From assembly GCF_964204645.1 (NCBI RefSeq), contig NC_134027.1, positions 18,872,560 to 18,936,559 of the forward strand: 64,000 bases of DNA, written 5' to 3'. The DNA comes from Tubulanus polymorphus. Lineage: Eukaryota > Animalia > Nemertea. Made by a program: the position numbers and the translations under genes. The notes beneath the pieces are model-generated. The model saw nothing but the letters and a program-made list of their open reading frames with translations. It searched no databases and was not told the DNA's origin. Shown piece after piece: positions 34,547-47,800 of this stretch; the first letter of the stretch is position 1, and each line of letters opens with the position of its first letter.

Positions 34547-37440
34547 AAGACTGCTCCTACATCCTACACTGCCTAATAATCAACAAAGGTAATTTGAGAT
34601 GCCATCAAATTTTCTACCTGAAATTTTCAACAAGTATTCAAACCTTAAAGAAAAAAAATGAATATACAGTAGGCTCTGTTTATCCTGGATTCTATTGCCT
34701 TGGATCATCGTATAGTTTTTTCATTCCAAGTCATTGTAATTGTGAGCCATCCCTGCTCTGGCAATTTGCATACCTTGGAGAGAACTAATTGGTACCACGA
34801 GATCTGAGGCAAGCAGAGTATACTGTTATAATACTATGTGCTGTGTAACCATTCTACCAGACAGACTCTTCATCATTCTTAGCTTATAACTCGTGTAAGC
34901 TGTATCAAAGAGTTTATGCATGTGTATTCTGTACTTTTACATTTTAGTCTTACATTTTTGTTGTTTATTTTAAATCTTTGTTGGGATTTTAAATTTTTAG
35001 ATATGTTTTTTTGCTGGGCTATGTATTGAGTTTACTCAGTGTTCTGCGTATGTGATCGCATGTCTCTTGTTTTTATTATGGTAGCTGTTGTAAGCTAGCT
35101 AGCTAGCCATAATCCTGGCCTGATTTAATTCTTAGAGGGTATATTTATTCTTACTCCAAGCATTGTATTATTAAAAGTTTCTACCTTATTTTGTAAAGTT
35201 GCATACATTTGTAATGGTGACTTACGTTTATCTCAGGGTAACCTCTATGGTTTTTTTTTTTCATAATAAATTTGACATTGATTGATATGATCCATTAAAT
35301 TAGTTGATTTACTTGATCAACTAATTTCATTAGTTATTTTGAGTATTTAAGCTATAGATCGATAAAGTCAATTGGATTTTGACTATATGGGTCGAAGGTA
35401 AATTTTTGTATATAAGCATAACTTATATTCACTGGACTATGTCGTAATTACATGTATTTCTTAATTTATTCATTATGCTATTAATATTTGCAACTGCGTA
35501 GAATTGTATGACTATTCATTATCTGTCATTTTTAGCACATTTCTTCAACACTAATTTCGTGAATCTCTTTGATTTGCCAACACGGGTTAAAAACTTTACC
35601 ATCAAGAGATTAGAAATAAAATTAAAGAATAATTTTGTGCTGAATCAGGGACATTCATCATGAACCTACCTTCCTGTTCCTATCAGTTTCAGCAGATCTC
35701 CCTGTCAACAAATACATTCGTTTGGGACCATATCACAGATTTTATAGAATATCTTGGTATTCAAAACGCATCCAAATCTAGGCAAGATTTTAAGGTACAT
35801 GTATAAAGATATGTATGTGAACCTCAAAGGGTTGATTGACCTTACTATCAAACAACTCTCGTGTAGAATCTATCAACAAACTGTAATTAAATTCATGTAT
35901 GACAATAATCAATTGATATAAATGCTGTAATTTCTAGAGAAAATAATATATATTTTTCAATAGGTTTCAGTCAGATTTTAAACTTAACTTATTTATGATT
36001 GATATATATCTTATATATCTTTGATTCACACAAAATCAAAGATATATATGTCAAATATAACTTGTATAGATCTTCCTATGATATATATGTATATTGATGT
36101 ATGTGCCTTTGATACAAATTCTTTTTCTTTTATCTCCTGTTTTTGCCCCGATTTTACTCAAAAGCTCTACCAGTAACCAATAATCATGGAATATATTTGG
36201 TCAATATTATCATGCGATACAACGTGGATGTCACACAAATCATGTAATATGATTATGAATTGTGTGTTTTAATCAAATAATACTGCCGGTATTCAGTTTA
36301 TAGGTTATGTCTGTCCACCATTCGTAACTGGTAGTGAAGTGAGGGGCACAGGAGCAAATTTTTGCCTGATTGTGACAATTGAATTCGGCAGCAATTACGA
36401 ATCGGCAAATGTAGCGATCGATTATGATATTGTGACTGGGCAACCGTTTATAGCAGCCATACTAACTAATCACATTATATCAATAATGCATCCTATTGGT
36501 TGCTCAACAATATGCCAAGTATAGGCAGACAAGCTAATTGGCAAGCGAAACCAATTGCTGATGTAAATAAACAGGCAATATCAAATACGGTCGATACGCT
36601 GCCTGGCAAAAAAATTGTCATCCTTGTGATGAGCAGCACACTGGCGAATTTTTTGGGTGATTTAACAAAGGTCACGATCAGGTGAAAAATATGCTCAAGT
36701 GCCCCTAAACTTATATCTTTGTTAAGATATATTGTAAATAACGACGAAGATAGTTCTACGTAAAAGCAGATTCCTTCATCCCTTGATAACAAAATGTGAA
36801 GTCCTTTCTTTATATGCATACATTTGAACCCCTTTCTCTGATAAAACGATTTTTTTAGTTACTACAAACATACAATTTCATCCTAAATAAGATGACAATT
36901 TTAATGAATCTATACTGGATGAAATGGTTTTGCATCTTCAGTAAACTCCATCTCAAGTGGGGCCTTTTGGTACCCAACAAGTAGTCAGACTTGGATTGAT
37001 CTGAATATGAAGTCACATATTCCCACATACAGTGTCACAAAAATATTTCAACAAGCATCTGAGTTGGTTAAATCCAACTTGACCAGGGTCTACTGTAGTG
37101 TGTGGTGCTAACAATCATTATAGAATTAGTGCTGGGACCTTAAAATATATGACATTATGTTGAACGGTGGCTTATATTTCAATAGCCAGCGAGCCGTCGT
37201 ACCACCTCTCCATGTAGAACTGTTTTCAATATGTGTATGTAATGTATGTATTTTGTGCTGTATTTAAAGCTTTAAATGGTGTTTATCCGTGTTACACAAT
37301 CTCATACTGTATTGTATATACACAATGAATAAACAACCATATCAGAAAATATGATAACAATTATAGTAACTAACAATTATATAGAATATTCGTTTATGTG
37401 AAAAACGAGTAGCTAATTAGAAAATATGAATAAAGTGTTG
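34547..37440 (+). other. Probable TDG 3' UTR region with alternative AATAAA signals
   Basis: AT-rich sequence with AATAAA at about 35265, 37328 and 37429. Confidence 0.4.
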
Positions 37441-37962
37441 TAAAAAACAATATATTTTCGTTGAATGATTTAATGTTTCATCTACACTCCTCGATTTGGG
37501 CCCAAAAACATTTAAAAAAAAACAGAAAAAACATCAATTGTCTCTTTTATAAATATCTCTTGCCCGCATAGCTGTGCAATATGCGACTAGTTTTTTTTGC
37601 AGATCTTTCACATACTGGTAATCCACATTTTAGTGACAAAAACAGCAGCAGGTTCATTTCATTTACCTTATTTCAAGGAAGCATGAAAATAGCGAAAATG
37701 AAAAGTTTCAATTAAATGTGACAATATAATTTGATTTTATAGGTCTATGGAGTTTCCTAATTCTAAATGAAGTTTCTTTGCAGATGTTCTCCTTGCATAC
37801 ATATTTGTTCACGGCATTGGCAAAAAACCTCCCTCCCGCACCTCTTCCATAAGTCTCTGGTTGAGCTTTTTATTTCTATACTGATACTTCAGCGCCATCG
37901 GAACGGGGGCGGCCACACCCGTCCCAATTTTTTGCTGAACTAAAAATATTTTTTTCATGTTA

Positions 37963-38654
37963 CAGTAGATCCTCGTTCTAACGACCTCGGAACTAACGAA
38001 ACCATTGCTTGTTACGTACGAAAAAAATATCCCCGGCCAAATCCTTCTCATTTACAGTTAGATCTCATCGGAAACAACAACCCCTTTTCTAACGAACTTT
38101 CAGTTATAACAACCTTAGTTTTGGAGTCCTATTACATATTTTCATCGGTTCTAAAGATCGCCAAGATCGGTCACACTTGTTTATTTATTGTCAGTTTCAA
38201 ACCGAGAGACAATGTTGCTTTATTTATCTTAGATTAGTGATACAGATTAAAAATGCCTTGCTGGCTGCTACTATTTGTAGTACGGTAGTAAGTCGGTTAC
38301 AGCCTGTTTACAGTGATATGCTCATGTGCTTATGAAAACGATCATCAGAGCAATTGAAAAAGGGAAGTTTTATAATTATTCTGACGTTTTAACCGGCATA
38401 TCGCTGTTACATTCATTTCCTTGATCTCGTTCTCCATCGCACCCCTTACAGTTGTCAATTAGCGATTTATTAGCTGACAGTATTTATACTTAAATTATAG
38501 CAGGCCTACTCCAATGAAACCAGTTGGTTTGTGTTTCATCACACCAGGGATGTTTTCTTTTCATACATAAATGATGTGAAACGGATCTAACGAATATCGG
38601 ATATTACCAACTTTTTATTATCCCCCAGCAGTTCGTTAGAATGAGGTTCCACTG
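37963..38654. mobile_element. pogo/Tigger-type MITE
   Basis: TA|CAGTAGATCCTCGTTCTAACGA ... TCGTTAGAATGAGGTTCCACTG|TA. Confidence 0.8.
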
Positions 38655-38867
38655 TATTTACTCTCGTAATGAATATCATGATTTTCATAGCCAGATTCAT
38701 TCAGAACCAATCTCAGCTTGATTAATCTCAGCTCTTAAAAATAAAGGTCCAATGGCCCTGTGGCTGACCATTAAATCATTTAGTGCATATATTGTCAAAA
38801 ATGTTATACTAAATATAAATTAATTTGGATTGAAGATGTGAGGCTGACAATATATGCGCCTGGGGAA

Positions 38868-39844
38868 GGTCGTCATTAGTTCCAAGACGAGTTTGTCGAT
38901 GACGTCATTGGTAAATAATAACATAACCACGTGCGTGAGGAACAGATTTAAATACAAAGACTTTATTCAACCAATTCTTTCACCCAGTCCTGGCAGTGGC
39001 CGTCTCCACAGTGTATCTACGTTGCTCTACGATCCTGTGTAACCACATCAGACACTAAGGTTCTTGGTGAACCAATTCTGTGCGCCGAATTGTATGATCA
39101 TAAACAAATTGCCGCAATCCTTTCCTTCGTTATCATCTTTTGATGATTCTTTGTTCAACATTATTCAAAAACGAATAACCATTAGTTTGTAAATAAACAA
39201 AATGAATTATTTACTTGCGTAGAAGTAGTAATGTTTATTTTCTTGCAAGACTTAATGATAAAATCAAATAACTCTTGCTAGTAGACTATTGATGTGTTTT
39301 TAGATACCCATTCAACAATAGCCGGAATCATAGAATAGTTCAAAGTTTTTCAATTCATCTTAAATTTAGTATGATATGTGAAACTGGGTCTACTGAAAAT
39401 TCGAAACCCTGTCCTATTTCAGTAGTATGAACTAACTGATAGCTTATCATAAGAGATTTCAGAAAAAAACAACATAAAACACGAAACAAAACATTCTTTA
39501 TTTTTCTTCTCGATTAAGCCTTCTCAGTAGAGTTCGATTCAGACCGACATGTCTTTTGCAATCCTTCACAGTAAAGAATGGATTAAAAAACGATGTTTTA
39601 GGTCAACTGCCAGTCCTTTCTAGTCCTGATCAGACTTTTTATCAGGTATTTACTATCAAGGCCTACTGAGCTAGGCCACCGTCTGATGCTCTCTCTCAAG
39701 TCAAGTTGAAATAGACATTTCCAAAGTTGAAATAGACATTTCCATCTGCTCTAACAGATAAGAGCGCGTACCAGGACGCACGTGGTTATGTTATTATTTA
39801 TATATGACGTCATCGACAAATTCGTCTTGGAACTAATGACGACC
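38868..39844. mobile_element. MITE with about 70-bp TIRs (Merlin-like)
   Basis: GGTCGTCATTAGTTCCAAGACGA..ATAACATAACCACGTGCGT inverted at both ends. Degenerate 8-bp TSD CTGGGGAA / CTGCGGAT. Superfamily is inferred. Confidence 0.75.
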
Positions 39845-40286
39845 CTGCGGATGTGATAGAGTTCTGTGTATATTGCCAAGTCACTGTGCTATATATAGAC
39901 TCGCTCAGGTGATTACTAACACACACAGCCATACTGTAACCTATATTCGCACACATGCGGCTGACTGCTGACGCGCGTATATACAAATGTACTAGCGACG
40001 CAGTATTAGATTGGCCGTAATTTCACAAGTCAGAATACCTCCATCCACAAAATGTCAAAAATATAACAAACATACGGACTTTTTTTTCTAGAAATAAAAA
40101 AAATACCGGCTATGATTTTTTTCTTAAATGGCTTGGAAGACCCACTACGAACCCTGTCATTGGTATCGTCATACTTGCTAGTTCAGAATTGCAACTGAAT
40201 TGAATAGCGTACTCGCTTATATTCGTATCAACGAACAAATTATAAGCAAACGTACGATACCTTATCGAATAAAATGTTCGCCATTT

Positions 40287-40646
40287 TACGGAAGCCCCTA
40301 GGTGACATACGAGATAACTTTTTCACAATTTCGACTTATTAAGTCGAATTTCGACATAATAAGTCGAATTTCGTGTTAATTAAGTCGAATTTCGAGTTAA
40401 TTAAGTCGAATTTCGAGTTTTATTTTCATGTCGAAATTCGACTTAATTAACACGAAATTCGACTTATTAAGTCGAATTTCGAGATAATAAGTCGAATTTC
40501 GTGTTAATCAAGTCGAATTTCGAGTTTTATTTTCATGTCGAATTTCGACTTATTAAGTCGAAATTCGACTTATTATGTCGAAATTCGACTTAATAAGTCG
40601 AAATTATGAAAAAAATTATCTCTTATGTCACCTAGGGGCTTCCGTA
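40287..40646. mobile_element. IS3EU-like MITE with internal palindromic tandem array
   Basis: 6-bp TSD CCATTT (40281-40286, 40647-40652). TIR TACGGAAGCCCCTAGGTGACATA. Interior of GTCGAAWTTCGAC/TTATTAA units. Confidence 0.85.
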
Positions 40647-42294
40647 CCATTTTGTCTTGGGTTTCACATTAGGCTTTCCCAATGGGCTTTCCCAATTACA
40701 TCAGAGGCGCCGAAATTCCCGGAATTTCCCGTATATCCCACAAACAGCCAATCACATTCATTGTAGCTCAGGTTACAAGGTCAACTCAAATAAATAGAAG
40801 CGAGGAAATTAAGGGGGTTTATTAAGTGAGGGCCTGTAGGTCGAAAGGTACATTGAGATCAGTCGAACTAAAAACGGCGACACTTCCAGGAAGGATTGAA
40901 CTTTTATATATTTCAATTGCAAGCATGAAAATTGTCATATATAAAAACGTGCCATTACTTAGTGCAAAAAAGCTGGGTTTTTGCGTGTTTTTCAAGAATA
41001 AGTCCCCTAAAAAAAAAACTCGATCCCTATGAAATTTTTGTGGGCTCGAGAACTCATTAAGCCAAACCATGAAACCAAAAATCAACACAATCGGTTCAAC
41101 AGCCAATGTTTGTGCCTTGTTGACACACCGGTACTCTATTCATTTTCAATGAAAACTGCTTCATCAGACCATTTGCATAGGCAAACCTACGGTTCGCCAA
41201 AAATTTGGGGGAGGACCCTTAGACCCTTTTGAAATACAGCTGCCCGGCAATTAGTCAGTAACCTGACTGTGGTTTAGTTTCACGATCGGATATTTTCACA
41301 AACCACAAGCCCATCCGATTATAAAAAGCTTACCACCAACGATTAGGTAACTAACTACCCGGCAATCACATACTTTTATCAGATCATCAATAAAATCGAT
41401 AGCCGCCCCACTGAAATTTTTCTTCCGACGGCCCTGTACTTGGCAGGATAGGATTCAATGGACAAGGGACACTGCTTGAGTCATGGGTTCAACAAAATAG
41501 GGTTATTCAGTAGACTACCCAAGTCGGCTCTGATGAACTTGGATAACAGTTCATCTTTGATGTTTTCTGAAATATCTTATGTGACACTGTAATGAAATTA
41601 ACAGCATCCAACTCGCATATCAATCAAGTTGGACACATTTTTACCAAAAGATCCAATTTCAACGAAATCTACTGTACAATTATTCAGCATACATTAGGAT
41701 GGAACGGGGTGAGATGAGTTACAGTATTTCGGATGGCAGGACCGTAATTAGGGGGTTTGAATAAACATCCCCCGCTTATTGATGAGGCTCCACCCCGATT
41801 CAGCCTGGAAAAAATTGGAGCATCAAATTTTTGAAAAGATCCACTCAGTGAAATTCTTTTGTTAGTTCTCCAAAATGTGCTTCCTTTACTTACTTGAATC
41901 GAGTCCAAACTGCAGGAAAATGAAGCAATTTTTTTGGGACTAGTCATTTCATGACCTGAAAGCATCTCGTCCATTTTTTCCCCTATGATCATAAGCCGTG
42001 AAATTGCTCCTGGTTGCTTGTCTTTTTCCAAAATTTTCTTGAGAATTGTCTGGACCCGCAACTAACACTATGTGCTTTTAGTGAGTGTGCCTTATAAAAA
42101 GTTCCACTTTCATGAAAACCGAAAGCCCCCAAACACATGGCTGGCTGGCTTTGGGCCTGGACAGAACTGTGATACTGACAGTACCGGTATCTCAAATTGG
42201 AAAATTTCATACCATTGCAAACTTTTTCCACTTCAAAAGTAAAATATGAATTGACGTTCCTCATAGTCAGTTGATTCATTTTTATTTTAAACTT

Positions 42295-44771
42295 TTATTT
42301 ATAATCAGATTTGAAATCATAGTCTTCTCCTAACTCCATGGCACCCATTAATGCATCAGACAATTTATTTCCCAGTGCATCTGAAAAATAGAATTAAAAT
42401 CGTCAGCACCAGCACACAACCTAATTTCGTTAACCAACAATTTAACTGGTTTCCGTAGTGACCTACCAGCCTTTTTACGTTTTTTCTTCATTCTTTTGAG
42501 TTCTTCTTTTTTAGCTCGATTCAACTGTCCGCTGGCTTTCATCTCATCGATTACAGTTATCGATTGCTTAGCCGTCAATTTTTTGTTGCTTCGGTTACTA
42601 GCTATAGATTGAGCCTTTGCAGCAGGTTTCATGGCAACAGTCACACCTTCCAGCTTTCAATGATAAAAATAACATGTGAATGGAAATAAAAGGATGATTG
42701 TAATGAGGTACTGGCAACAATGCTGAGGCAAACGAGGATTCGCCTAGAAAATATTTTGCTCAAATCAAGCAGTGCTTGTTTCGAAAAAAGTAGTTTTTCC
42801 TGTGTGACATTTTCTTTATTGATTTTGATGAACACAGCAATAGCAAAAACATTTTTCTCGAGGAAAAAAAAAAACGTTTTTCCCGTGTGCATTTGTTTTT
42901 TTTTCAGTTCAGTTTGGAAAACTTAAACAAAGATTTCAATCATTTTACCTCCTTCGTTTCATCAGTGTCATCACCCATATCCTCATATTCACTCTCCTCT
43001 TCATCTTCTATCATTTCCTCATCATCATCATTTGGTTCATCAATAATACCATGTGTTATTCCCTCAGTTTCCAGAACAATGTCATTGGCACTTAATGTTT
43101 TCAAACCTGTACAAAAATATATGGAAACTTTAAAATTACCTCTAAAAACTAAATTGCAAAACAAAAACACATTAGACAGTTCAAATAGACACATGTTAAG
43201 AATTCCTCTCGGCCAGTGAGTCAGAGTAATGTAGAGAATGCAAAATTGCAATAGGGTACATATACCTGACACTAAGTTTCATGTCAAAAAATTGGTTTCA
43301 ATATGACTATGCTGGCTATCTTGGATATCATATGCATCAAAAAAACAAGGGTGTATCCTCTCCTGCCTTTGATACACATATCAAGTCAAACAAAAATCAG
43401 TAAAAAACCTATAGATTGTAGAGCAAGAACGCAGTCTATAATACCTATTTCACCTATATGACCTATACATGTCAAATATAATAGGGCTCATCTTCCTCAC
43501 ATCTAAAAACCACAATTCAAGTATGAAACTAGGGGTCCAGGGACACCATGCCCACTTGGGAAGTGGTTTCAAATGCTCAACAATCTAACAATTTCAAAAC
43601 ATAACGCCCCCCTAGTGACCATATACAACCAGAAAGAAACTTTCCATGATGGGTTTCTGTGTAATTGTTTCTGTTTCATTCACCGAACTCGCTGTCAAAA
43701 AGGCGATTCTAGATATAAATAGTAATGGGTTTTCCCCGCGGGATACTCGCTTTGGGAAAGGCACCTGAATCGATGCTACAAGTTCGAATCCCAATATTTA
43801 GACGTAATTTATTATTCTTTGAAATAAATTCTTAGAATTTCTATTTATGATAGGATGTGCAGGTTTTGATTTGGTAATGATGTTAATAAAAGTTAACCTC
43901 TTAAGGTATTGCTTTCTATCTATTATTTGTGACGGATTAGTTTCGATGCTCCTCACAACCCGCCCCACCACGTGTCACTTATTCACGGACACGCGGATTG
44001 TATCATTTGTAATAGGCCTACCACATGAAAGAGTCCATGGCCTACCGTAGAATAGTAGGGCCTACCGATCACGCTATGTGCGATGAAAGTAGTGTTTGAA
44101 TAAAACAAATTTTTAATGAAATAAACATTATTTATCATAATTAATGAATAGATCAGGTGCCGCCTAAATAATTGTTTGTTTCTTGAAATTTGTACAAAAC
44201 TTGGCGACTTCGTCATGTCTTGTGACCCTGAAAATACTAGAAGAATCATCGGTAAGCTTATAAAACGGCGAGGTCAACATAGTAACAACAACTTCGGGGA
44301 TTGAAAAAAAAAACTCGAAAGAATTATTTCTTATACTGATGAGTTATACTGATGGGGAGTAGCGACCGTTATTGACACCGGTTATTTATCCATTCACTAT
44401 CAAATGTGACGAGCTCATTAAATGATTGCGCATAGATTCGGCCTCTCAGCATTTAGCACAGCAGTTCCGAGAAGTGTTAAGACCGATCTAAAACCGGTGC
44501 TAGTACGATCAATATCTACAGGTATATACGTGTTCAGTATTACACAGCGAGTACCAGTATGTCGATCGAGCGTCGTCTTAGCAACGCGCTATACAGCGGC
44601 TTGAACTAGCGAGTAACGTTAATTATCTTTTAACCAAATTAGAGCACTTATAACCATCGGAATCAAATATAAACCAAGCTGCACCATCTACATCAAGTAG
44701 AGAATACCTGTGTGAAATTACAGAATTGTCGGTCCACACAAACAGCTTAAATCGTGTCATAAAGAAACATC

Positions 44772-44835
<64 letters not shown>

Positions 44836-47800
44836 TGACGACGATGCCATAGATGGGTTCGTCTGACGACGAAACCCATCAAAAACCAATGACCTTGAAA
44901 CCCACCACAATCATAGAACATGCCAGCAGCTATGATTTTGTAATTGATTGTGATAACAAAATATGCCTCGTTACCAATTTGATATGGAAATACTAAGTTA
45001 TTCTACTATCAATGCCCCCTGGTGACCATATGCAAAACTTAATGACCTTAAAAACTCACCACAATCGTAGTATATCATGAAATACAACTTTGCAATTGAT
45101 CATGGTAACAAAATATGCCTAGGTACCAATCTAATAAGGAAATACTAAGCTATTCTACTATTCAACGCCCCCTGGTGACTATATGGAATAACTAATTTCC
45201 TTAAAAACTCACCGCAATCATAGACGATGTCATGAACTACAACTTTGCAATTGATCATGGTAACAAAATATGCCTAGGTACCAATCTAATAAGGAAATAC
45301 TAAGTTATTCTACCATTCAACGCCCCCTGGTGACCATATAGAATAACTTATGTCCTTAAAACTCACCAAAATCAAGGAAGATGTCATGAGCTACAACTTT
45401 GCAATTGATTGTGGTAACAAAATATGCATAGGTACAAATAAAATATAGAAATACTAAGTTATTGTATTATTCAACGCCCCCTGGTGGCCACATACAAAAA
45501 CAAATGACCTTGAAACTCACCAAAATCATAGAACACGTTATGGGCTACAACTTTCCAATTGAATATAGTAACACAATATGCTTAGGTATCAATTTAATGT
45601 GGAAAAACTTTTTCCCACTTACGAATGAGTACTGATGACACCAAGATGGGCGCCAATTGCGTCATAATTGGCTGATCAAAAATACATCCCTTTCCAAAGA
45701 ATACCCATCACAAATTGCAATGAGAAATGGCAAACCAGTAGGAAGCTACAGGACCTAGAATTCTGGCTAAAATTGACATTTTTGGGCACTAAAAAGGTCA
45801 TAGGACGGCCATCTTGAGTCAGATCGACCCAATTTTTCTTAGGCTGATGGGCCCTTGGTAGATTCATATATAAATGAAAGATCAAGGTTATTAATCAAAG
45901 CGTCTTCAAAACTTCCCTCGTAAACTTCGAAAATGTGTAAAAAGTGCTGATTTTGGCGAACAACAATGGCTGCCAGTCGGCCATCTTGAATCTGACAGGG
46001 CCAGTTTTTGGGCTGAAGATGTGTCTAGGTTAGATACATGTATAAACCAAATATCAAGACATTACCTTGAAGCGTCTTCAAAACTTCCCAAAATAACTGG
46101 ATCCTGTCTACGGATGGACGGACGGACAAAAAGTGAACGGAATAGCCCGCTGGGACTAAAGTCCCAAGTGGACTAAAAAATCAATCTGAAATTTTACACC
46201 TTACTAATACAGCAGTAACAATCTCCAAATTGGCTTTTCAAGACACCGACATAACTGTGGCAGTCATCTTGGATGACCTACACACAACAAAAACAGTAGA
46301 GTTCATACTCCTTATGCCTTTAATCCACTTACCAAAAATCTGTATAAACCTGTAGACTATGAAACAGGAACAAGCTCCAAAATGGCTATTTCACATACCA
46401 ATATGTGGCCATCTTGGATGACCTAAGTTCTACTCGGATGATCTAAGTTCCAGCCATCTACTGTTTGATGCCAATAGTATATCTACTTGAAATACCATGC
46501 CAATAGTGAACTATAATGGCAGTCAATTGGCTAGATTGATCTAGATTCTGATCAATTATCAGGCTGCAAATGTTTCTAGGGTAGATATGTATATGTGCAA
46601 ACCAAATGTCAAGAGAATCCATCCGTATTAAAACATCCTTAAATAACTGGATTCCTTGAACAGATGAACCAATGGACAAAAAGTGAACGGAATAGCCCAC
46701 TGGGGCTATACCCCAAGTGGGTTGTAATACTCTACAATGCATGACATTGATGAGAAACAAGGCTATTTTCAAGTGACAGACCTCCTAATGTCATATCCTC
46801 TTGTTTTTCAATAACACTTAAATCAAACTGTTCCGCCATCGATTGAACTATTTCAGCACTGACGTGTGTTGGTAATGTGTGCTGCTCAGGTGGATGAGTA
46901 TAAAATGTGATCTTTCCTCTAAAAAAAATACAAAAAATCAAAGTTAATCACAACTGGCAGTTACATAAACGCGGGAATAGTCTATACTATGATGATGAAG
47001 TTATGTATTTGTAAAACTAGATAGTAAGCAAGCCCATATTTAACCAAGTTTGGGGCTGAAACTTTTCCCTACATTGCTTGTGAAAATTATGAAAAAATTT
47101 CATTGCAGTGTGGTTTCTAATGGACATATCGATCACTATATTGCATCTACTCCACAGTGCAGCATTAAACAAGACATACGTAGGGTTGAACTGCATCTAT
47201 CCCAAGGTGCGGTGTATTGTTAAAACCTAAAATTACACAACACCTGACTGGTGCTGCCATCTTCCAAATGAATACAAACTACCCGACAGGGACATATGCA
47301 ATATAGTCAGGTCGATAATACACTGCATAGCCAGGTGCATGTATTAAGCCAAGCCGATCCCTACATGAATCAACCGGCTAAATTGCTTAAAATGACCTTA
47401 TCTAAGACTGAAAACTCCAGGGATAAGTCACCATAAGCGGTAACTTCCATCAACCACTTTATCGAAACTCAATTTAAACATAAGATTCTTGCCAATTCCT
47501 CTCTCCAATGAGAATCAATAACCTGAGACTGAATTTGAACTTACGTGATCCAATCTTGTAATACTCGTTTAGCAGCTTTAACAGTGTCTGGAACGCCACC
47601 TTTACGCAGTAAACCGAACCGAATTGACATTAACTGTAAGAACTGAGTGACGTCGGTATAATCCTGTATTCTATAATGTAACATTATCTGTAAATATAAA
47701 CAGTAATTGAATAACCACTAGTTGTACGCCATTGGTCTTGCAAATCTGATGGTGGCTGAGTGTCTTTGACAATAGAGAAAGCTCAAGCCTACATACTTAA

